Position numbers and translations under genes: made by a program. Under the pieces are notes generated by a model, which saw only the letters and a list, made by a program, of their open reading frames with translations, did not search any database and had not been told where the DNA came from. 64,000 bases of DNA from Octopus sinensis (lineage: Eukaryota). The stretch spans positions 53,568,001 through 53,632,000 of the forward strand of contig NC_042999.1 of assembly GCF_006345805.1 (NCBI RefSeq). The letters are read 5' to 3'. How positions within the stretch are numbered: the first letter of the stretch is position 1; the number at the start of each line of letters is the position of its first letter. Positions 25,142-36,213 of this stretch are shown one piece after another.

Positions 25142-25671
25142 GGAGGGGGAGTCAAAAAGTGATGCCATTTTGTTTAGGGAAAGTATAATTACCAACACAG
25201 GAACATGTATCATACATCAAAAAGAAGCTGGTCCTCTGTGGATCACATCTCTACTTTTCAACATAGTCACCGATTCTCTCAATAGCAATGTTCACCTTCG
25301 AATGAAACCATGCATACCTGCCCCGTAAAATTCTGTTGACTGATCTTTGAGCCACTTCTTCACTACAATTTTCACTTCCTCGTCACTGGACTAACATTTC
25401 CTTGGCTCCATGAAAGAGGGTTTGAGAGGTAAACATTATTCCAGTGACGAGGAAGGGAAAACTGTAGTGAAGAAGTGGCTCAGACGGTCAACAGAATTTT
25501 GCGGTGCAGGGATACATGTTCTCAGTGCTATTGAGAGAAACGGTGACTATGTTGGGAAGTAGAGATGTGATCCACAGAGGACTAGCTTTATTTTGATGTA
25601 TGATACATGTTCTTGTGTTGGTAGTTATACCTATCCTAAATAAAATCGCATTACTTTTTGACTCACCCTCG
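25142..25671. mobile_element. 530-bp mariner-derived fold-back MITE
   Basis: TA-flanked TIRs (C/G)GAGGG(T/G)GAGTCAAAAAGT. Arms are about 25142-25390 and 25440-25671. The right arm translates YSSDEEGKTVVKKWL...ERNGDYVGK* (mariner C-terminus). Confidence 0.85.
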
Positions 25672-26299
25672 TATTAGGACTGACGCTCCCTTACGTCAAA
25701 CTGGGATGATTTTGATGTGATTTGGGAATGAAACTTGTGACTGAGATTGGCTGATGCAGCAGATATTTTGTGCTGTTCTTCGTTGCAGCACTTTGCTACC
25801 CTATTTGCTGGGTGCGATTGAGTTGAATTAATTAACAAAATTGCAGAATTTCTTTGTTTCAATAAAAATGTTATGAACAGTTATCTATTTTTGAAACATT
25901 CTGCTGATATTTTTAGTTTGTGAAAAGGATTTTAATCATTACTATAGCAACAATATAAATATTTCCATTGACTGAATTCAATTTTTTTTTATTTTTACAG
26001 TTCAGATATTAAATATTTTTCTGTTTACACACGATGGATGCTATTATATTCAAATCTATATAAATTCATTAAGCAATTTCTTTTTTTTTTTCTTCGCTGT
26101 GTATTTTCCCCCTCCTCACAACTGTCTGTCATTTCAAACACTGCTTGTTATTGGTTGGCTGCCTTGGAGAGCAGACAACATTTTTTTTGTGTGATTACTA
26201 CCTATTATTTGTATATTTTCTATTTTTGTTCATCAGATATTTTTGTGGTCCTACAGTTGATATTTTGTAATATTTTTGTTCTGTCGTGAGTTCTGTTCA

Positions 26300-29092
26300 T
26301 CCTTGTGGCTGTGTTAAATATAATCCTGTATGTCACCTCTCATATCAGTGATTCCAAATAAACTCATTAGTTTTCTTGTTTTCGGTTTATTTAATCTAAT
26401 TTTCCTAATTCATTTAACATCCAGTTGAGAATATTGTAACAACAAATTGTTAGGACAACTGAATTATCTTATTTATTACAATGTTTTTCTGCATTTAAAT
26501 TTGCTTTGAATATTGATTCAATATATCTTGAATATTTTTAACTAACCATTTTTTGCTTATACTGGCGTTTTCCTTAGTTCGTTAACTCCTGGTTATTTAT
26601 AACTATGTTCATTTTGTACCCAAGTTCCGTTATTTAATCACAAACTAAAGGGGATTAGTAATTTTCTTCTACTCAAAGATATCTCTTGGTTGATTTATGT
26701 AATCCGAATTATATCCTGGTTTAATTTATCATCAGGCATGTACTACTTGCTGTGTATGTGACTGTATACATCGGTAAATTGAGGAAGCTTTTCCTTTCAA
26801 TCTGTCATGTTCTAAAACACAAGATTTTCCTCCTGTTAACCGTAATTGCGCATCTTATTTTGACATATTCTCATTTAGTGTTATCATTATGTTTTCATGG
26901 AGACTTGAAAGCTATTTCATACAGGAACAATGTTTGGTCCTGCTGCTTATCATTTTCTATGTTCTTCAATTGCATTCGAATATTTGATTTCGTGATGGTG
27001 ACATTTGTCTCAACACTTTCACTATAATTTTCCACTCGCCTTATTCACCGTATTCTCATTTTGCTTCTCCCCCACCCATGTTTCTTCCCAAATTAGTTGC
27101 CATTTTCAATTTTCAATCTTACCATTTCTCTAGTTTCCCTTAAGTGTATAAACAAATGTTTTAGCTTTTATGGAAAATGAGGATTCTATTTATATTGGTT
27201 CTTGTTTTGTTCATATTTAATCAGTTGGACAGTTTTTTTCCCTTTACTCTCATCTTCAGTTATTCCAGAGTTTTCTTCCTTCTTTACCTTTTTCCGGGAG
27301 ATTCTTTTTGAATTACCATTTTTTTCTTTATCCTTTCATTTACCCTGCTTCAGATTACTCGTATTCTCCCATGATTATCCATCTTTTCCTACAAAATATA
27401 TTCTGATCCTTCTGTTGGTCCTTTCGTTTTCCCCAAAATTCCCTTTCATCCTTTTGGGGCCGATAAAATAATTACCAGTTGAACACTGGTGTCGGCGGTG
27501 ATCGATTTACCTCTCCACCAAAATTGCTGGCCTTGTATCAAAGCTTGAATCCAATATTCTTTTTATAGTTTCACAAATTATAGCTATCAAACAATTTGTT
27601 AACTTTCCATATTCTTTACATAACAGTGGTTCGATCCACTGCCTTCAAATTAACAGACCCTAGGGTTTCTAATTCCTTTAGACTTTACTTCAGAATTCCA
27701 AGAATCTCTACATGATCACCATCAAAATTATACAACTACATTTCCACTTTCCTGCATGCATCCACTCACCGTTGCTTCAACCGCGTAAGTTGTATTTTGG
27801 TGAGAAGTTGGTCTGCTGCTTCTTGTAAATATCGGTTGACATTTCTCTGTATTTCTTCAATTTCGAACCAAGCGTAATATGTTCCCTTCCTAATAAACAC
27901 TACATGATCTACGAATAGTTATTCACTGAGAATAAGTACTCACATTTCATTACAATTATCGTTTCCTTCATTCTTCTCTTACATAATATTCCACTCCTGT
28001 TTTGTTTACTTCCGTTACGTCTTTGCACGACAATAACAAAATGTCGTTGCAGCGCTGCAGACTCACTTCTATGCAAAAGAGTTTCCAGGTTCATTCATGT
28101 TGTCGAAGTAAAATTTCACATGCTTATTTGAAGATGGTGTCTTTAAGGTTATACAGCACCAGCATAGAAACACCATCTCTATGACTAATGACTCATGAAT
28201 AAAAAGGTCCTCTTCACCGTGATATAATGGAAAGACTGACCCCCGCCTAAATGTAGTCATTGTTTCAGTATGAACAACACTTGTTCAGAGGTTTTCTTAC
28301 AATACTGAAAGTGACCTTTCAAAACCATAGTGAGACAGCAATAATGTATCCTTCGTTGATCACATAAGGCTTTTGATCATGACCCATAACTTCCAGCAGT
28401 TGGCTTTTGTCGTCGTCTTTGGTGAATATAGATCGTGGCCTATATGCACGTTTCGGATGCTGGGCTCCATACATTGTCAACAGATTTCGAGTTTTTTTCT
28501 ATCAAGCTTCTGTATGTCGTTTCTGGTCCAATCTACAATTCTAACTCCATATCTGATTAGGGGTACTTTTCTAGAATTTATTGCTTCAATAACGGTTTCT
28601 GAATTTAGCGTTAACGGCTATAATTTTCCCACTCTCCCTCTGTATTCCCTACTGGTAATTTATTTCATTTCTTAAATTCTTATGTTTCGTCTGCATTGAG
28701 TATCGCCGAATATTCTTACCACTATCATTTCTCAATCGCTTACATTGTTTACCCATTTGGCATTTCAATTCCCTGGTTTCCTTCAAGTATTCTTCGTTTC
28801 ATTTTCATTACAGCGCATTTTTCGATCGCAAATTCAATAACTACATCGTTGCAGAAAATGCGAACAATATGTATAAGACTTTGAAGCTATTTCTCATTTT
28901 TCGCATAAATCTTTATATCTTCCATAAAAAAGTGACGATTTATGTTACCAAATCCTTTTTCCCACATCAGTATTCCAATTCTTCATACTTTCATTAACCA
29001 TTTTCCCATATTTTCTGCCACTCTAAACATGCTCATTATTTTATTTACCCAACTGTGTGGCCATATGCCAGAAGCTTTCTTGAAATCTAGCC
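26300..29092 (-). pseudogene. Old degraded R4/Dong-like LINE remnants
   Basis: Minus-strand fragments WLDFKKAF (about 29070-29092) and PLIRYGVRIVDWTRNDIQKLDRKNSK...GAQHPK (about 28480-28570) mirror the intact Dong motifs. The left boundary is uncertain. Confidence 0.5.

Positions 29093-29128
<36 letters not shown>
29093..29128. repeat. (TAA)n at the 5' junction of Dong copy 1
   Basis: Direct reading. Confidence 0.95.
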
Positions 29129-30888
29129 TGGATAGTACCAGATATGGGTACAAAGTTTTTAGTAAGTCAATAAACCACCTTTTCTATATGGACGACCTAA
29201 AGCTGTTTGCCAGGAATGACCAAGAGCTAGAACGGCTGCTAACAACTGTTAAAGAGTTTAGCAATGATATCGGAATGGATTTTGGCCTTGATAAGTGTGC
29301 TAAAGCAACTTTTGTAAGAGGCAAGCTCAGGCAAACAGCTTCTGTTAAATTAGATATTGACACTACCATCAAGGAACTTGATCCACAAGAAAGTTACAAA
29401 TACCTAGGAATCAACGAAGGAGATGGTATACATCATGCTACTATGAAGGAAAAAATAAGAAAGGAATACTATAGGAGAATAAGGCTTGTACTGAAGACTG
29501 AACTCAACTCCAAAAATTGCATTGAGGCCATTAACACCCTGGCACTTCCAGTAGTCCAGTACAGTTTTAACATCATTAACTGGAACCTTACGGAACTCCA
29601 ACGCTTGGACAGGAAGAAAAGAAAATTACTGACATCCAAGAACATGCACCACCCTAAGGCAGATGTAGACCGCCTGTACCTATCTAGAAGCAGCGGGGGG
29701 AGAGGAATGATGCAATTAGAGCTGTGCTATAAGACCTCTACTGTAGGAATGAACAGGTACCTATCTAGTACAAATGACTAGATGCTGCGACTTGTGTGCG
29801 AACACGAAAGCAGCAAAAAGCTGCATTCTATTGTCAAGGAAGCTTATAAGTTCGAAAGGGAACTAGACATTAACCTTGAATCAGATGAAGAGCCGGAAAC
29901 CACTGCTACCAAGCAAGCAAAGAGAATCAAGCAGACTGCAAAAAAGAACGGGCAGAATCAAAGTGAGAGGCGGTGGAGCCAGAAGCCCCTGCATGGACAA
30001 TATATTTTCCGAAGCCAAAATGCTGATGTAGACCAAGCAACAACCCATCAGTGGCTGAAGAGTTCTGGATTGAAAGCAGAGACTGAAGGCTTCATACTGG
30101 CAGCACAAGATCAAAGCTTGTTTACCAGAAATTACCAGGCTAACGTTCTCCGAAACGGTACTGACCCTAAATGCAGATTCTGCAACACATTTGACGAAAC
30201 AATAGACCATCTCGTTTCGGGATGTCCTGTGCTGACACCAAACGAATACAAAAATCGATAGGGTAGGACAGTATATACATTGGAAGATATGTAAACACTA
30301 CAAATTCGGCACTCCTGCTAACTGGTATGAACACCATCCTCAGCCAGTTGTTGAAGGTAAAAATGTCACCATCCTCTGGGATTTTCCAGTCAACACTGAC
30401 AGAACGATCAAGGCTAATCGACCAGACATAATTGTTAAAGACGGGGAAGAAAATACCTGCAGTCTAATAGAAGTAAGCGTCCCCACTGATAAAAATGTAT
30501 CTGTAAAGGAATTTCACAAACTTAGTAAATATAAGGACCTGAAAATCGAAATACAAAAGATGTGGAATCTTAAAACAAAAACTGTTCCTGTTATTGTAGG
30601 TGCCCTAGGTATGATAAAAAAAGGGATCTCAGAAACACCTAGACAATATCCCTGGAGAACCATGTCTCAAGGAAATCCAAAAGATTGTGCTAACAAGTAC
30701 TGCCCACATCCTTAGAAAAACCCTATCAATGTAAATGTTTGTGTTTGTATTACATGGAGATATTTCTCTACTTCCCCTCCCCAAGCTTTCAGCTATATTT
30801 CAACAACTCTTAACCTTCACTTGCCCTAGGGCGCTGGGTGTGCCCCGGCAAGTGATTGCATCAAACATGCAGATTAAAAGTAAATGAC
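29129..30888 (+). mobile_element. 5'-truncated R4/Dong-like RLE LINE, copy 1
   Basis: NHLFYMDDLKLF (RT), HHPKADVDRLY, CRFCNTFDETIDHLVSGC (CCHC) and ANRPDIIV (RLE). The 3' UTR ends in (TAA)n at 30889-30948. Confidence 0.9.
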
Positions 30889-30948
<60 letters not shown>

Positions 30949-30949
<1 letters not shown>

Positions 30950-31211
30950 GTTCTTTCAACATCCTTAAGCAACCCTTATTCAGGGACCGTTTGAGCAGGA
31001 TGGGCTACTCAACCTGAAGAAAATTCTAACTGGGCCCCATCTGCAAGGTCATGTGCTGTTTATCTTGATATGAGATCACCATGTCGCGCACATATGGTTG
31101 TGATGCATGTGCCTGGTGTACCTTTATCAGACGGGTAGTCATGATGGGTATATTGGGCTTCGTATATTTTACCCCAGTGTCACTTTGATGGCATGAACTG
31201 CTCTCTCACTC
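30949..31211 (+). mobile_element. Unclassified retroposon-like repeat family E, 3' part
   Basis: Homologous to 42035-42308 and to the reverse complement of about 58885-58960. Ends CTCTCTCACTC followed by (AAT)n. Confidence 0.7.
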
Positions 31212-31237
31212 AATAATAATAATAATAATAATAATAA

Positions 31238-34200
31238 GGAAGGCGGCTGGACGTGACAGAGGATGGACGTATTTTTACGATGCTCTGAACTGGCAACAGC
31301 GAACCCAGCAGGTCAACTGTAGAAAACTGGAAGATCTACTGTTTTCTGTAAGTAATTTGAATTACCCTCAAAATAAGTAAAAAAAAAACTTACATATCTA
31401 CAGCTCATACAAACGTAAAAAAAAAAATAAATAAAAATAAAAAAAAAAGGAAAAAAAAAAATCTTCGACGAAAACATCAGATAATATGTGTGAGTGAATA
31501 TACATATATATACATATACATATGCATGTGGTGAAGAAGAAAAAAGAAAGGGAAAAAAAATAAATAAATAAATAAACGTAAACATTACTGACCATTAACG
31601 TCCTTTGTCTCCACCATCTACCGTGGCTATTTATAGACCCAAAGAACATGAATTCTTTAACCACCCATTCTCCAACACAATGGAGTGTTGATGGTGGCTG
31701 TGGCTACACATTGAAGATGATGATGGTGATGGTGATGTTGCTGATGATGGTGATGGTGGTGAAGATGATAGTAATAACAATAATAACTGACAGATCCCGT
31801 CTTTTTCCCTTTCTTTTCGTTTCCTTCTCCGTATTTATTCTCATTATTTCGAACTAATACAGACACAGTAAGCCTTGAAGAAAGGAGAGGAGGAAAGGAG
31901 GGGAAAAAAAAAAAGAAAAAAAAAATGTCCGGAGATAAAACTATCAACAAAAAAATACAGACGAATATAGATCTGCTAGTCTTAAGAAGCGGCGCTATGA
32001 GCAATGCTTACATGTAGTGAACCCTAAACTGACAGAGCCATCTCCTAATATAAGAATGGATGCTCGTCATGCTTCAAGGTCAACAAATCAAACAATAAAC
32101 CGCATTGGTCATTGCGCGGATTACAAAAGACCACGTACCCGAAAATTGAACCAAATCCTGATTGAAAAATCAGTTACTGGATCAAATCTTCCCAACACAC
32201 AGGAGCTGGACGAACCCCACAACCGGAATATTCCAACAGATGGCCATCCATGCTCATCACCAAATAATCAAAAGAAAAAGAAGGAAAAATGGTCTAGGGA
32301 AGATAATAAAGAAGTTCTTGAGGCCTTCTACCATGCCATATATTTCCCCACAGATAAGTCTAGCACTGTACAAGCATACTTAAACTGGAGACAGAAACAC
32401 CCTGAAGTAAGACCCTACATAGACAGTAACAAGCTTGCCAATGTTAGAAGAAACATTATAAAAAAGAAATTACTGACTGAAGTAGAGATTGATCAAGCAA
32501 TATCGGATAAAATGAACGAAGCTGCAGCTAGAGAAGATAATACAGAGGAAATGATTATAGACCAGCCCAGGGCGGATAAAAACGAAGAGAGGATTGAAAG
32601 AGTTAGTATAAGTGATAGGCAAAGTGAAATACGCCCTGAACCAATCATAAACACTAAGACAGATGAGCATCAAATAGATAAAGAAAGTCACACAAATATC
32701 GACCCAACAGAACTACATGAGCTAAAAAATCAAATCATGATTGAATGGCTGAAAATTAAAGAAACCAGCATGGATGAGCGTGATACACTTCCTAAAATCT
32801 GCAACTCTAACCAAAACATGAAAATAATTGGTAAAATCCGGCTTGCACTTAAGGATATAATTTCAGTTAATGATGTTGATATCACAAACCTCAACCACCT
32901 ATACTATGCATCCGCGAAAATCTCAACGATCCTATGTGGTGTAAAGATTAGAAAACGGCAACAGTCCCACAAAAAGCCTTCTTGGCAAGAGCGTCTGCAA
33001 CAACAAATTAAAGTATTTAGATCTGACATTGAATATTTGAAAAACCTTAAGGCTCACAAGACTACCAAACCTACAAAAACCCAAAAATTACTGAAAAAAT
33101 ACAATATGAAAACTATACTTGATATTGATGCCCCATAGAAACCATCAAACAAAAGGTATCTGCCAAGCTGCCCGCATAGCGAGGTATGAAAAGCGTGTTA
33201 GATTTTCAAGGACAACAACACGTTCAAAAATACACCAAGAATTTTTACAGGAAGATAGGAAAAACAGCGTTTACTACTGCAGGGTCTGTACCATCAAAAG
33301 AAGAAGTGCAGAGATTTTGGAATAAAATCTGGGCAGAAGAAAAAACACACAACGAAAAGGCCCCCTGGATTGACAGAATATCTACAGAACTGGACCCCTT
33401 AGAAGAGCAAAAGTGGGAGGGTGTCAAGGTAGAAGATATAAGATCTGCTCTCAGGAGGTCAAGCAAATGGAAGTCTCCAGGAAAGGATAAAATTCCTAAC
33501 TTCTGGCTGAATGCCTTCCCAGAGAGCCATGAACTGCTAACAGAACTGTACAATGATGTTTTGCAACACCCTAGTAGGATGCCTCCTTGGCTAGTTAATG
33601 GGTTAACATTCCTGCTTCCAAAAAGTGAAGAAACAAATGAACCAAAAAACTATAGACCCATAACCTGCTTAACAACTATGTACAAAACACTAACATCTGT
33701 CCTGACGGAATATACCTATAGTTTTTTAACAGACAGCAGCATATTCCCTAATGAACAGAAAGGATGTAAACGTGGATCCTACGGCTGTAAAGACCAACTA
33801 CTCATCAATAAGATGATCTTAGAAGATTGTCACAAACGACACAAAAACTTATCAATAGCCTGGATAGACTATAAAAGGCTTTTGATAGCCTACCACATAG
33901 CTGGATTAGGAAATGCCTTGAAATGTATAAGATAGCACCAACTCTGCGAAACTTCTTGACTGTAAGTATGAGATCATGGAGAACCACACTAACTCTGAAC
34001 AGTGACAGTGAATCCCTAAATGCTGGTGATGTAAAAATTTCGTGTGGCATTTTCCAGGGTGACTCACTGTCACCACTCCTCTTTTGTTTATCCTTAATAC
34101 CTCTCTCAAAGCTGCTCAATGACGCGCAGTACGGGTATAAAATGTTTGATAAAAATATAAATCATCTCGTTTACATGGATGATTTAAAGCTTTTTGCAAA

Positions 34201-35942
34201 AAATGATCAACAACTCAAGGGCTTACTAGCGATAGTCAAACAATTCAGTGACGACATCAGAATGCAATTCGGCCTCGATAATGTGCAAAGGCTACCTTTA
34301 TCAAAGGAAAAATGACAGAAACATCTAACGTTAACCTTGACCAACAGAATGTCATAAAAGAACTAGACCCAGCGGAGAGCTACAAGTACCTAGGGTAATT
34401 GAAGGGAACGGAATAAGGCATTCAGAGATGAAGGAAAGGATCAGGAGAGAATGCTATCGAAGAGTGAGAGCAATACTCAAGACAGAGCTGAATGCAAGAA
34501 ACAGGATCGAAGCAATCAATGCATTAGCTATACCAGTCGTGACTTACAGTTTCAATATTGTTAACTGGTCAATTACTGAAATATGTCAGCTCGACAGAAA
34601 AATAAGGAAACTGTTGACAATGCATAGAATGCACCACCCTAAGGCAGATACAGAACGACTCTATCTGCCAAGAAAAGAGGGAGGCCGTGGTCTTTTGCAA
34701 CTGGCAATAACAATGAAGATTGCTACAATTGGCCTAGACACCTACCTGAAAAACTCTGAGGACTGGTGTTAAAACTTGTCTCAAAACATGAAAACAAGAA
34801 AGCATCATACTCAGTCACAAAACAGGCAAAGGAATATCTAAGTGAATTCCGAATACAACCAATTTCGGAATTAGAGATAGACATACAAGAAACAAGCACA
34901 GAAAAAGCTAGGCGCATGAAAACCCGTGCCAAAACTGCGGCCTTAGATATTCTGAATAAAATGGCAAGAAAAACCTCTCTATGGCAAATACCCAAAGAGA
35001 GCGAATAATGCAGATATCGACAAAGCCCTGACCCATCAATGGCTAATGGCCTCTGGCTTAAAATCTGAAACAGAGGGGTTTATCATAGCAGCTCAAGATC
35101 AATGCCTACCAACAAGAAACTACCAGGCCAACATATTAAAGATCAGAAGCAGTCCAACATGTCGTGTTTGCAAGCAACAAAATGAAACCATTGACCATGT
35201 GGTCTCCAAGTGCAGTCTTCTAGCGCCTACAGAGTATCTCAACAGGCACGATAGAGCTGCACAATATATTCACTGGGTAATCTGTAAAAACCTGGATTTG
35301 CCCCATGAAAAAAACTGGTGGGAACACAAACCACCCCCAGTGCTTGAAAATGACCACATCTCACTCCTCTGGAACTTCACCATTCAAACTGACAGGAAGA
35401 TAGATGCAAATAGGCCAGACATCATATTGAAAGACTTCAAACAAAGAACATGCCTCCTCATTGATATGACTGTCCCAATCGATATAAACGTATCTGTCAG
35501 GACCTACCAAAAACTGAGCAAATATAAAGATCTTGAAATAGAAATCAGCAAAATGTGGAAGCTGAAGACTAAAACAATACCTGTTGTCATAGGTGCCCTG
35601 GGAATGATAGCAAAAGGGGCTGATAGCTACCTAACTCAGATACCAGGAAACACAAAAATGGCAGAAGTTCAAAAGATAGTGCTCATGGGAACTGCTCATA
35701 TCCTACGCAAAATACTCTCTATGTAACCTCAAGGTTTAAAACAACCATAATTTTCGGTTTAAAAAAAAAAAAAAAAAAAAAATTTTTTTTTTAGACATTC
35801 ATTAGTACAACATCCCCACCCCCCAAATATATGGCACACTAGGCATAACAACAACATGAACTTCCAACCCTGTTGTCTCTTGAGGTCTCTGGGTGAGACT
35901 TGGAGCCAACTTGTACAAATATAAAGCAAAAGTCAAACATAG
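31238..35942 (+). mobile_element. Apparently full-length (about 4.7 kb) R4/Dong-like RLE LINE, copy 2
   Basis: Starts right after (TAA)n. About 780-nt leader, then a single ORF split into 32017-33138 (Myb-like KWSREDNKEV...), 33186-33935, 33923-34315 (YMDD), 34428-34772, 34766-35008 and 35046-35726 (CCHC, RPDI...IDMTVP RLE). Ends in (TAA)n. Confidence 0.9.
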
Positions 35943-35963
35943 AATAATAATAATAATAATGCT

Positions 35964-36012
<49 letters not shown>

Positions 36013-36041
36013 TAATAATAATAATAATAATAATAACAGCA

Positions 36042-36078
<37 letters not shown>

Positions 36079-36118
36079 TAATAACAACAATAATGATAAT
36101 GATAAAATAATAATAATA

Positions 36119-36154
<36 letters not shown>

Positions 36155-36171
36155 TAATAATATAAAATTAT

Positions 36172-36212
<41 letters not shown>

Positions 36213-36213
36213 T
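35943..36213. repeat. (TAA)n array between Dong copies 2 and 3
   Basis: Direct reading; AAC and GAT variant units are present. Confidence 0.95.

Noticed and set aside
31290-31309. GGCAACAGCGAA resemblance to HDV ribozyme J4/2
   Set aside because: No P1/P3/L3 (TCCTCG-like) elements in the required order. Kept only as a generic structured leader.
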